Shown here: positions 8,107 through 17,282 of the stretch, in pieces
Layout of the letters: every line of letters starts with the position of its first letter
Numbering within the stretch: the first letter of the stretch is position 1
Source: Oculatellaceae cyanobacterium bins.114
Lineage (GTDB): Bacteria; Cyanobacteriota; Cyanobacteriia; Elainellales; Elainellaceae
NCBI GenBank assembly: GCA_033764315.1
Contig: JANRJA010000151.1
Location: forward strand, 1-26,878
Direction: 5' to 3'
DNA: 26,878 nt
Program-made: the position numbers and the translations under genes
Notes under the pieces: model-generated
Seen by the model: the letters and a program-made list of their open reading frames with translations, nothing else
Told to the model about the DNA's origin: nothing
The model's database searches: none

Positions 8107-8156
8107 CAACAGGTAAGCCTGCGGTCACGCCTACACTAAGGACTAAGCAAATTAAC
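8107..8156 (-). repeat. degenerate cassette-leader repeat, copy 3 (most diverged)
   Basis: Ungapped 50-nt alignment to 353-402, from CARCAGGTAAGC to a final TAAC in the same register. Confidence 0.6.
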
Positions 8157-8230
8157 GGTTGTGTTTGTAAGTGCTGTTTGTATTACTCGAATGGGATTGA
8201 TCTTCTGTCGATCGCTCTTTAACCCCGATC

Positions 8231-11200
8231 TCATCCTTTGCCAACTCCAATGCTATAACGCAGAGTTTCTTCCTGGCGTTTGACAGCGGCTAACAGTTCA
8301 GCATTTTGCAAAATGACCCCTGCTTGATTGTTAAAGATCTGCATGTATTTCTGATCGCTGTGATCAAAGCTGGCACGAAAACAGAGGGGAATCGTCTGAT
8401 CGTCGGTAGGTTCATCTATCATTTCGGGCGATCGCCGCTTATTAATCAGTTGCGTCACGCCAATCAGTTCACCATCAGGGTTCAACACAGGCATACACAA
8501 CAGGCTATAGGTGCGATAACCGCTGCGTTGATCGGTGTTGCGGGCGGTTTCTGAGTCGGGGTGCTCATAGAGATCAAAGGGAATGTTGATGGGTTTTCCA
8601 GTTTCTGCAACTTTGCCTGCATAGCCTTCGCCAATTCGGAGGCGAATTTCTTTTTCGCTGCCGTTATCAAAGGGAATCCTCGTCCATAACTCGTTAGTGT
8701 AGCGATCGCACAACCACAACGTACTGCGATCGGCTTGCATCAATTCTTTTGCCGCTTGCATCACCCGTCTTAAGATTTCATCGGGTTCTAAGCTACTCTG
8801 GCTGACCGATCGCGTTGCTGCCATCAATGCAGCGGCAACCCGCTGCCCTCTAGCGGTTTTGTGATAGGAACAGAAGCTCTCCAAAATCATCCGAATCAGC
8901 GGCGCATTGGCGACAAATTGTTGTTCGTCAGCGGCAGTAAAGCCTTGGCGATCAACCCGCTCGGCTAAGGGCAAGGCAGAGTCACTGGTTCGTTGAAGTT
9001 TGTTGAGCAATTGCACGACTGCAATTAACTCTCCCCGTTCGTTTAACAGTGGCATTGCCAACATGGTGTAAGTGCGATAGTGATTGCGCTGGTCTTGTTC
9101 TTTGGCCGTTTTAGAGCGGGGGTCATCATAGAAGTCGTAGGGAATGTTGATGATCTGTTTAGAGTGCGCCACTTCTCCTACGATGCCTTTGTTCGCGGGA
9201 ATGCGAATTTCGAGGGGGCGATCGCTGTTTTCAGACTCTGCCACGATTGACCAAAACTCTTCTCGCTCTTCATCCAACAAGAAAATAGTGGTGCGATCGG
9301 CGCACAGAGATTTGCCAATTTTGAGCGTGATCGATCGCAACGTGGTGTCCAAAATATCGTCAAAGCCCTGGTTATCCATCACCTGGCTCAACATCCCCAA
9401 GGTCTGCAACACTACACTTTGGGGTTGGTTTTCGGCTTGTCGCTTCATCTCGGCAAACTGTCGGGCGTTTTGCAGTGCCACCCCCACCTGAGCGTTAAAA
9501 ATCTGCATATATTTCTGACTGCTAGCATCAAAACTCGCCTTAAAGCAATCAGGAGCTTCGGGCCACGTCGCTGGGTCATATTCTGGAAATTCTCCTTGGC
9601 GGCGTTTATTCACCAACTGAGTAACACCGAGCAGTGCCCCATCTGGACTCCAAACCGGCATACAGAGCAAACTACAGGTGCGGTAGCCCGTTCTTCGGTC
9701 AGTTTGACGAGCCGTTTCTGAGTCGGGGTGGTCATAGAGATCAAAAGGAATATTCAAGGGTTCTCTTGACTCAGCAACCATACCTGCAAAGCCTTGCCCC
9801 ACGTTAATCCGAATTTCTTGCATCAGCCCATTCTCAAACTGCACTTTAGTCCACAGTTGGTGATTGTCTTGATCCAACAACCAGAGAGTGCTGCGATCGG
9901 CATTCATCAGTTTTTTGGCGGCTTCCATCACGCGCCGAATGATCTCTTCCGAGTCTAAACTGCTCTGTGACACCGATCGCGTTGCTTCAGTTAAGGCTTC
10001 TGATGCTTGCAGGCGTTGAGTCAGACGATAACAATCTTGACAGCGGGCGAGAATGCGCGAAATGGCAGGAGCATATTCCTCTAACTGCGTTTGATCGGCG
10101 TCCGTAAACCCTTGTGGGTTGATGCGTTCTCGCAGGGACGCACTGGGATTATTCGATCGCTTTAACTTGTTAAATAACTGGATAAATGCCACTAGATTGT
10201 GATGTTCGCTCGACAGGGGCACCACCAATTCGCTATAGACCCGATAGCGAGTTGCCGCAGGTGAGTTTTCCTCTGCTTCTAGTCGTTCATCCCGAAAGTT
10301 AAACGGAGAGTTCACTAAGTTTCTAAAGTTGGTCAACTGTCCGCCACTGCCCTTGTTCGCGATCACCTGAATCTCTGGCGAATTGCCCGCTTCATGTCGT
10401 GCAATGACTGACCAGATATCGTTTTTCTCCTCATCTACAAAAAAGATGGTAGTGCGATCGACACTCAATAGTTCTCCCAGGCGCAACGTAATGGAACCCA
10501 GAATTTGATACAAAATGTCGGCAAAGTCTTTGCCTTCCATCACGTTTAACATCGAGAGCAGTTTTTGTTCTTGAGTCGTCACCACTTGCATGAAATCGGC
10601 TTTTAGATCAAACAGTGTTTTTTGTACCCACTGCTGATTAAAAACAGCCGCATAAATTCGATTTGAGATCTGTAATTTTCCAGCCCGTTTAATGACTAAT
10701 CCTGATAGGCGTAACTCAATTTGTTCAGGGGCGTCAGAGGCTTCTACTTCACCCCGTCGCCAAATATTGTGATATAGGTCGAGTAAGGCGCGACTGCGTT
10801 GTCCAATTCGCAAGAGGCGATCGCGAATCGTTTTTAAGTGAGGCGGTTCGTCGGTGGCCTCCCAATTGTCGATCAAGTGCGATCGCACTAATCCCTCTAT
10901 CCACTCCGTTTCCTGTCCTGTAGGGATCATTAACTCAGAAGTATAGATCAATTGACAAATCTTTTGAGTGAGAAACGGTTGACCCTCTGTCCACTCTAAA
11001 ATGGCTTTTAAAACAGCTTGAGGATTACTTGTTTTAGACTGCAACCCGATCGCCAGCGGTTGTACTTCTGAGAGTTGAAATCCATTCAACTCGATCGCAC
11101 GACCAATATTAAACGGAGTGCAATTTTTGTTTTGAATGAGATCAGACGGTGTAGACACACCCAACAATGCAAAGGTGAGTTGTTCGTATTCATTACACGC

Positions 11201-11674
11201 TCGAATGAAGGCAAAAAAATCATCAGTGCGAAAGTTGAGACTTAACATGCTGTCAATTTCATCAATGAAAATGACAATGGGTTTATGCACTGAAGTCAAC
11301 AACACTTCTTCGATAAATTCGCTCAACCGTTGCACTGGTGGCAAAAAATCGCGATCGCGCAACCACGATTGCAGATCAATTGGCAAATGAAAGCTTTTAA
11401 CTAAACGCCGCATTAACCCGGCATACCACTGGTCTGGGGTGATCTCTTGACTACCAATTTTGGTCAGATCAATGGCGGCCCCAGCCACACCTTCGGCTTG
11501 TAGACGATGCATCGTTCTTACTCGCAGACTGGTCTTACCCATTTGCCGCGAGTTCAACACATAACAAAACTCTCCCGATTTTAAACCTTCATATAACGCA
11601 CGGTCTGCCTCTCGCACCACATAGCTGGGCGCGTCTAGAGGCAAATGTCCACCAACCTTGTAGGTATATGTCAT
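8231..11674 (-). CDS. AAA_35-type NTPase fused to four GAF domains (two CyaB2-like tandems), no output domain, 1147 aa
   Basis: Walker A SRQMGKTS, Walker [16 protein letters not shown] and GQPFLTQK. Four GAF repeats each carry DRT/DRS and QLxNK...F motifs. Confidence 0.9.
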   Translation of the reverse strand: MTYTYKVGGHLPLDAPSYVVREADRALYEGLKSGEFCYVLNSRQMGKTSLRVRTMHRLQAEGVAGAAIDLTKIGSQEITPDQWYAGLMRRLVKSFHLPIDLQSWLRDRDFLPPVQRLSEFIEEVLLTSVHKPIVIFIDEIDSMLSLNFRTDDFFAFIRACNEYEQLTFALLGVSTPSDLIQNKNCTPFNIGRAIELNGFQLSEVQPLAIGLQSKTSNPQAVLKAILEWTEGQPFLTQKICQLIYTSELMIPTGQETEWIEGLVRSHLIDNWEATDEPPHLKTIRDRLLRIGQRSRALLDLYHNIWRRGEVEASDAPEQIELRLSGLVIKRAGKLQISNRIYAAVFNQQWVQKTLFDLKADFMQVVTTQEQKLLSMLNVMEGKDFADILYQILGSITLRLGELLSVDRTTIFFVDEEKNDIWSVIARHEAGNSPEIQVIANKGSGGQLTNFRNLVNSPFNFRDERLEAEENSPAATRYRVYSELVVPLSSEHHNLVAFIQLFNKLKRSNNPSASLRERINPQGFTDADQTQLEEYAPAISRILARCQDCYRLTQRLQASEALTEATRSVSQSSLDSEEIIRRVMEAAKKLMNADRSTLWLLDQDNHQLWTKVQFENGLMQEIRINVGQGFAGMVAESREPLNIPFDLYDHPDSETARQTDRRTGYRTCSLLCMPVWSPDGALLGVTQLVNKRRQGEFPEYDPATWPEAPDCFKASFDASSQKYMQIFNAQVGVALQNARQFAEMKRQAENQPQSVVLQTLGMLSQVMDNQGFDDILDTTLRSITLKIGKSLCADRTTIFLLDEEREEFWSIVAESENSDRPLEIRIPANKGIVGEVAHSKQIINIPYDFYDDPRSKTAKEQDQRNHYRTYTMLAMPLLNERGELIAVVQLLNKLQRTSDSALPLAERVDRQGFTAADEQQFVANAPLIRMILESFCSYHKTARGQRVAAALMAATRSVSQSSLEPDEILRRVMQAAKELMQADRSTLWLCDRYTNELWTRIPFDNGSEKEIRLRIGEGYAGKVAETGKPINIPFDLYEHPDSETARNTDQRSGYRTYSLLCMPVLNPDGELIGVTQLINKRRSPEMIDEPTDDQTIPLCFRASFDHSDQKYMQIFNNQAGVILQNAELLAAVKRQEETLRYSIGVGKG

Positions 11675-11693
11675 GGGGGCTACGACTCAGAAT

Positions 11694-13640
11694 TTAAACG
11701 TCAGAGTGACCAATGCGATCGCTAAAGTAGTGTTGATACAGTTGAGACCGAGGTGTGACTTCATTGCCTTGCAATTGCACCAGCCCTAAACTATGTAACT
11801 TAAACGCCAAAATCGATGCTAGTTCTACAGGTTGGCGGCTCGTCACCACTCGTTGAAAGGCGGTTGCCAGTTCTGGGTGGTGTTGCAAGTTCCACAGATG
11901 TCGTCGCAGGTGATCGCCATAGATCCCTGCTTCAGTAGGGGCGGTTTCAATCAGTTGGGGTAATGTCAATTGCTGTTGAGCGATGTGATAAAGTGCCAAT
12001 CGCACCAGGTAGGGATGTCCACCAACAATCTGCATCAACTGCTGCACCTGATCTGCTTGCCAGTTTAAGGCATGTCTCCAGGCCAGGTTAGTCACCTGTT
12101 CTGGGCTAAATTCTGATAACTCAATGGGCAACCCAACGTTAAACGGCGACTGATTAACATCCAGTGGAATATAAACTTCGGTAGAGTGCACCACAATCAG
12201 ACGCAATTTCTCCCACAAGCCGCTGTCACTATCTCCGTAACCCGCTTCCTCATACCACGCCCGCAACAAGCCAAAAAAGTCATCGGCAATTTTGGGATAT
12301 TGAAACACCCGATCCACTTCATCTAATGCCAATACCAGGGGTTGATCAATCTCAGACAACAAACAGTCCTCAAAATAAGCCGTACAGTTGTCTTTGCTGC
12401 CGTAAGTGTCTGACCAATATTGATCGACCGCGTGAGACAGATGTAACTTGCGGGTCACGCGGGTACAAAGCCATTGCAATAGTTGATCCAAGCTCTCAAA
12501 TACGGCTCTATCAGCATGTTGAAAACTGAGTGGCACAGTGCGATACCCTTGCTCACGCGCTTGATGCAAAATCCTCGACATCAGAGACGTTTTGCCCATT
12601 TGTCGAGGTGCTTTAATCCGAATCAATGTTCCCGGTTGCACAATCTCTCGATAACATTGGGCTTCATAGGGCGATCGCTCCACATAAAATTGCGAATCTA
12701 ACCGCACCTGCCCTTGCGGTAGCTCTGGATCGGCAATAGGCGAGGGAGTTGGCAACAAGGACGACGGATCGAGAACCGTCAGAGGTTGCAGAGACTTTGG
12801 AGATGGGCTATTCAGTACCCTTTTTTCAGGGACAACGGCTCCCTCAAGAGAGTTATCTCGCATCGCTGCATTGCCATGAATCACATCTACAATCGCTTGA
12901 ATCACCAACGGGCTATCTAACGGCGATTGCCAAACCCACTGATGCACATGACTCAAGTAATTCTGTAGATCATGATTTAGCGGCATCTCTGGCGGACAGT
13001 TGACTTGAATCGGCAGAATAATCGGGTGATAGCGATGGCTTTTGCTTTGCAACTCTTTGACACGTCGCAACTCTTCTAACACCATCTCACTCACGGCGGC
13101 TTGAGGAGACAGCAACAGGATAAAAAAATCACACCGTGCCAGACAAGCATCAATGTGGGTCAGCCACTCTCGATCAGATTTGGCGTAGGAAGTTGGAATA
13201 ACTCCTGTATCCACCGTGAGAATGTGGTGTCCTGCCGCCGCGATCGCCTCACATAAGTCATGGGCTAAACAGCGATCGGGTTCCTGACTGCGATGACTCA
13301 CAAAGATTTGTTTAATAGCCTGATCAGGCGGTTTTTCAAGTCGCGTCAGTTCCTCTGAAAAAACAGCAACAGAAGATTGCATTTGCCGTTGACATGTTCT
13401 TTCTAAGGCTCCCCGAAATTGTTTTTTAGTAACCTTTTCTCCCAACACTGTTGACAACTTTTGCCACAATTTATAGCCCACATATTTTTCAACATACTCC
13501 GGGTTATTGGGATAAATCTCTTCATAGGTTTGACCCTGCCAAGACCCGATAAAAACATCCCGCTCTAAATTACTGAGATGCTTTCCAGTCTGGTCATAAA
13601 TCAAACCATCCACAAACTCCAATGCTGTTTTAGCATCCAT
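11694..13640 (-). CDS. N-terminal HTH-like domain + TIR domain + AAA_35-type NTPase, 648 aa
   Basis: HTH-like region GSWQGQTYEEI...LWQKLSTVLGEKVTK. TIR motifs IFVSHRS, CDFFILLLSP and SEMVLEEL. NTPase motifs [24 protein letters not shown] and GGHPYL. Only 19 bp separate it from the next gene. Confidence 0.9.
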   Translation of the reverse strand: MDAKTALEFVDGLIYDQTGKHLSNLERDVFIGSWQGQTYEEIYPNNPEYVEKYVGYKLWQKLSTVLGEKVTKKQFRGALERTCQRQMQSSVAVFSEELTRLEKPPDQAIKQIFVSHRSQEPDRCLAHDLCEAIAAAGHHILTVDTGVIPTSYAKSDREWLTHIDACLARCDFFILLLSPQAAVSEMVLEELRRVKELQSKSHRYHPIILPIQVNCPPEMPLNHDLQNYLSHVHQWVWQSPLDSPLVIQAIVDVIHGNAAMRDNSLEGAVVPEKRVLNSPSPKSLQPLTVLDPSSLLPTPSPIADPELPQGQVRLDSQFYVERSPYEAQCYREIVQPGTLIRIKAPRQMGKTSLMSRILHQAREQGYRTVPLSFQHADRAVFESLDQLLQWLCTRVTRKLHLSHAVDQYWSDTYGSKDNCTAYFEDCLLSEIDQPLVLALDEVDRVFQYPKIADDFFGLLRAWYEEAGYGDSDSGLWEKLRLIVVHSTEVYIPLDVNQSPFNVGLPIELSEFSPEQVTNLAWRHALNWQADQVQQLMQIVGGHPYLVRLALYHIAQQQLTLPQLIETAPTEAGIYGDHLRRHLWNLQHHPELATAFQRVVTSRQPVELASILAFKLHSLGLVQLQGNEVTPRSQLYQHYFSDRIGHSDV

Positions 13641-13838
13641 ACGATTTCAGGAACCATCCGATCAAACGATACACAAACTGGCACTCAATCTCAAAACCAA
13701 GCTGAGAAGAATGAGAGAATTGGCGATCGCCCTTCTCTCACAAAAGAACTCACGTTTTCCGAAAAGACAGACTCCGCCGTTGAATCGAACTCTATACAAG
13801 TTAATTCAACTATACATACACGGGTTGATTGTGACTTC

Positions 13839-13880
13839 ATTCTAGGGCATTCCACGGAGACTCCTTTGATCTAGATCACA
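13839..13880 (-). promoter_or_regulatory. CRP-type binding site with a -10 box (class II-like promoter for the TIR/GAF operon)
   Basis: The minus strand reads TGTGATCTAGATCAAA (13880-13865), a 15/16 match to the CRP consensus TGTGATCTAGATCACA. TAGAAT follows 20 nt downstream (13844-13839). Confidence 0.7.
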
Positions 13881-14009
13881 GTTGATTCATGAGTAAAATC
13901 ATCCTGTTAACTAAGCTAAATAACACATCCTCAGGCGACTTTCTACCAAAAAAACTCACATCAATTACAGTTACCTCAACGTAGATTACGAACTTTTGAG
14001 AATAGATGA

Positions 14010-14246
14010 AATTGAGTTTTCATGAGGTTATATGAGGTTTCAAAGAACTTGGTATGCGGTAGCGATCAGGGCAGTGGAGCAAGGGTTAATCATGAGTGGT
14101 CATTCGTTTCTAGCAGATATATTTACCAGGCATTTGCCAGACGTCATGCAGGCATCTTGACGGCTATCTCAAAATGAATTGCACCCCCTGATTTAGATGG
14201 GTTGAGCGAGCTGAAACCCAAATTCTCAATTGAGTTTAATGAGGTT
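14010..14246 (+). repeat. phased TGAG(G/T)TT direct repeats in two clusters
   Basis: Copies at 14013, 14023 and 14033 (10-bp period) and at 14231 and 14240. AATTGAGTTT-(TC/A)-ATGAGGTT occurs at both 14010 and 14228. Confidence 0.55.
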
Positions 14247-14445
14247 CTCCTACTTAGCCCATAAGAACTCGATGAGGTATCGCCACTCCAACCAATAAGG
14301 TATGGATGTCTGATCAATCAATGTGTTGATCAAGATCACAGAGTTGTTTAAAGGAAGTATGAACTTTTCTGGTTGTTGTTGACTGTTGTTTTGGAGATAG
14401 TAGGAAGCAACAAAGCGACTAGAGCCACCCAGAGGAGTTCGGAAT

Positions 14446-15300
14446 ATGTTTAACCCCACAGAAGTCATGATTAACTATTGTGTCAAACGCCTGACCAACG
14501 GTTATCGACAGGCATTTGGCCATCAAGGTTCAGACTATGCTGACTTAATCGGTTGGGTTGCCCATCTTGCTCTAGAGGCGATCGCCCACAGTGATGCTCC
14601 CTACCACGATATTGAACACACCATTCTAGTGACACTCGTTGGTCAAGAGATTATGCGAGGCAAACAATGTCTAAAAGGCTATGTCTCTCCTAAAGACTGG
14701 GTTCATTACATCATCTCGTTGTTGTGTCACGACATTGGATATGTAAAAGGAGTGTGTCAACCCGATCAGGTGACACAACGACTGTTTGCCACCGGAAAAA
14801 ACGACAAACTCGTACAACTCACTGCCGGAGCAACCGATGCTAGTCTGACTCCTTATCACGTCGATCGAGGACAACAATTTGTCGCAGAAAAGTTTGCCAA
14901 TCATCCTCTAATCGACATTACTCTCCTGCAACACAATATTGAGTTGACTCGCTTCCCAGCCCCTAACCTCGACTTATATCGGGATACCTGTGATTATCCT
15001 GGTTTAACGAGAGCCGCCGACTTGATAGGTCAGTTAAGTGATCCGCGCTATCTGCAAAAACTGCCGACTCTATTTTATGAGTTTGCCGAAACAGGCACCA
15101 ATCAACAGTTGGGCTATCACCATCCAGATGATCTACGGGCAGGATACCCTAATTTTTATCGCAACGTAGTCTACCCACACATCCAAACGGCTCTGAGCTA
15201 TCTAGAAGCAACCCAACAGGGTCGGCAGATTGTGGCAAATCTTTATGCCAACGTTGTAGCCGCCGAACAAAATCATATGGGGTTGAGTCTTGCCGCTTGA
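14446..15300 (+). CDS. HD-domain metal-dependent phosphohydrolase (Npun_R2479-family-like), 284 aa
   Basis: Metal-binding motifs YHDIEHT, CHDIGY and RAADLIGQ. GAGGAG RBS upstream. Confidence 0.85.
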   Translation: MFNPTEVMINYCVKRLTNGYRQAFGHQGSDYADLIGWVAHLALEAIAHSDAPYHDIEHTILVTLVGQEIMRGKQCLKGYVSPKDWVHYIISLLCHDIGYVKGVCQPDQVTQRLFATGKNDKLVQLTAGATDASLTPYHVDRGQQFVAEKFANHPLIDITLLQHNIELTRFPAPNLDLYRDTCDYPGLTRAADLIGQLSDPRYLQKLPTLFYEFAETGTNQQLGYHHPDDLRAGYPNFYRNVVYPHIQTALSYLEATQQGRQIVANLYANVVAAEQNHMGLSLAA

Positions 15301-15551
15301 GTTGAGAAATAGGGTTAGACCCCTTGCATCAGGTTTTGCATCTACTGTTATGATAAAGGTCAGTAGTAGTACGGATACAAGCGTTTTCTAAATCACCTTA
15401 AGCTATTACCTCAACATTAGCTTTAATGGGTATTAGAGAATATTTGAAAATGATTTAAATCACCTAACTAGGTGATTCTCCTCAGTATTGAATGTGACTC
15501 ATTTGAGGCATACTATATCTGCACACGCACTAATCGGCAGACTCTGGGTGT

Positions 15552-15755
15552 ATGCAATCGCAAGTGAATTTTCCAGACACTTCAATCGAACAGCTTATTG
15601 ATCACATCTTTGCTACACGTCGAATTACCCGTGTCGATCAAGAACGGTTTATGACCGCTCTGCTCTCTAAGAAGGCATTAAATGATGCTGAGCAGGTTCA
15701 AATCAATCGCGTATTTGATGCTCTTCGGAGCGGCTTGATCAGGGTAGTAGACTAG
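15552..15755 (+). CDS. small cyanobacterial hypothetical protein, 67 aa
   Basis: The pattern IF.TRRITR.DQ.RFM...INRVFDALRSGLIRVVD resembles a small-protein family seen in cyanobacteria. A terminator follows. Confidence 0.75.
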   Translation: MQSQVNFPDTSIEQLIDHIFATRRITRVDQERFMTALLSKKALNDAEQVQINRVFDALRSGLIRVVD

Positions 15756-15790
15756 CAGGCTGTTGAGAAAAACTAATACAAGATTTTATA

Positions 15791-15821
15791 AAAGGAAGAG
15801 ACGCGATCGCGTCTCCTTTTC
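15791..15821. terminator. probable bidirectional intrinsic terminator centred on a HIP1 site
   Basis: Perfect palindrome GAGACGCGATCGCGTCTC (15798-15815), flanked by an A-rich tract on the left and CTTTT on the right, between convergent genes. Confidence 0.7.
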
Positions 15822-15894
15822 TGTGCAAGTTTTAATGTAATCCAAAATTGGCGTGAGCGTCCGACTCACACCAGCAAAATGCTCGTTGATCAGC

Positions 15895-16302
15895 TTAACG
15901 ACCAGAACGAATCGGTCCGTTATAGTCTACGGTCACTTGCCAGTTTTCTCGAACAACAGTGACAACACTCTCAATCGAAGGATCAGTGTTGGGTCGTCCG
16001 CCTATAAATGTGAATGTCCAGCTACCATCGCCATTATCAACATACGGTGCATCCGCCGAGGGACCATGCATCGCTGACTCAGCCCGATAACGACTCAAAC
16101 CACCATTGGCTTGCTCTGCGGCTTGTCTGGCTAGGTTTTTGGCTCTGTTTAAATCAGAATTAACCGAAACCGGAATGGTATTGACTTGTCGAGTTTGCGT
16201 GGAAGACGAGGAACCACTGGTCGAGGTTTGAGCGTTGGTCTGAATGGCACCCATTGTCAGGGCTGTCAGAGCGATCGCGGTTACAATGGCAAGCTTCTTC
16301 AT
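15895..16302 (-). CDS. secreted hypothetical protein
   Basis: Start moved to MKKLAIV (ATG at 16302), which gives a Sec signal peptide ending TNA|Q. A Ser/Thr linker precedes the domain DLNRAKNLARQAAEQANGGL. Confidence 0.75.
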   Translation of the reverse strand: MKKLAIVTAIALTALTMGAIQTNAQTSTSGSSSSTQTRQVNTIPVSVNSDLNRAKNLARQAAEQANGGLSRYRAESAMHGPSADAPYVDNGDGSWTFTFIGGRPNTDPSIESVVTVVRENWQVTVDYNGPIRSGR

Positions 16303-16490
16303 AAGTTTGTCTGCGATAGAAATGTCATTGAGTAGTATCTCCAAGCAACATTGAGTGAGGAAACTCGCCGGAAAAGCAGGCAGAGACTCCTCAAAAGTTG
16401 CAATACTTCACCGCATGACTTGAGTTTTGAGCAAAATGTGCCCAGATTTAAGAATGCCGATACAAAGTCATTCTTTCAATAAGGTCATCA

Positions 16491-17021
16491 CTATTGAAGG
16501 ATCTTGACTCCCACCACCGAGGTGTTAAACCGATAGGTTAAACCTTCAATTTCTAATGGTGTGCCAATCTTAATTTTATTATTGCCCAACACCGGCCCAC
16601 TATCTACAATCTGAGCATCGCCTCCCAGCGTAATCACCATATCAACGGTGTAGTCTAGCTCAGGACGAGGGTCAGGAATGGCTTTTAGAGAGCCATCGGG
16701 TTGGGGGGCGGCAACGGTTCGAGGCAACTCTTTCACAGCTTTGACATCAACCTGTCCATAGGGTTGGTTGCGAATAATAATATTGGTCTTGCCAGCACTA
16801 CGAATTTCACTAACAAACTCTGAAGGATTAGCAACGGTCAACCCGCGCACGATAACATCCACTTCGACTGGCTTAGTTTCTACACCCAACTGAGCCACGG
16901 AGCCAGAGCTACCCGGAAAAAGAAAAATCCCTGCTGCGACTAAGAGCATGATGAGGGCAGCTCCGACGTCGAGAATACTAATTTTGCCGAATAACCGACC
17001 TTGAGAATCTAAAATAGCCAT
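16491..17021 (-). CDS. DUF4330-family membrane-anchored protein
   Basis: N-terminus MAILDSQGRLFGKISILD (ATG at 17021), one transmembrane helix, and RNQPYG and KIKIG motifs. Confidence 0.8.
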   Translation of the reverse strand: MAILDSQGRLFGKISILDVGAALIMLLVAAGIFLFPGSSGSVAQLGVETKPVEVDVIVRGLTVANPSEFVSEIRSAGKTNIIIRNQPYGQVDVKAVKELPRTVAAPQPDGSLKAIPDPRPELDYTVDMVITLGGDAQIVDSGPVLGNNKIKIGTPLEIEGLTYRFNTSVVGVKILQ

Positions 17022-17282
17022 GACGATTACGTTCTCGCCCAAATAAGACGCTTTAAAAATATGGCACCAGTTATACTTATTTCAAAAATAAAAATGTTCT
17101 GATGCTTTAGCCCTTGTTAGCCTATCATGACTAGGGATATTTGAAATAATTGTCACTATTTGAGAACCCTGGATTGCAACATCGGGCACACCAGCTACGT
17201 CATGTATTGAGTTAGTGCAATGCACTGAGATTCAGTCTTTCGATCGTCAGATTACTCACGATTTTCTCCTCATATCCTGGTT

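Noticed and set aside
13578-14468. ORFs 13578-13874 and 14250-14468
   Set aside because: They overlap the starts of real genes on the opposite strand and the promoter elements, and show no motifs.
15363-15378. NtcA site
   Set aside because: GTA-TAC spacing is 7 or 10 nt, not 8.
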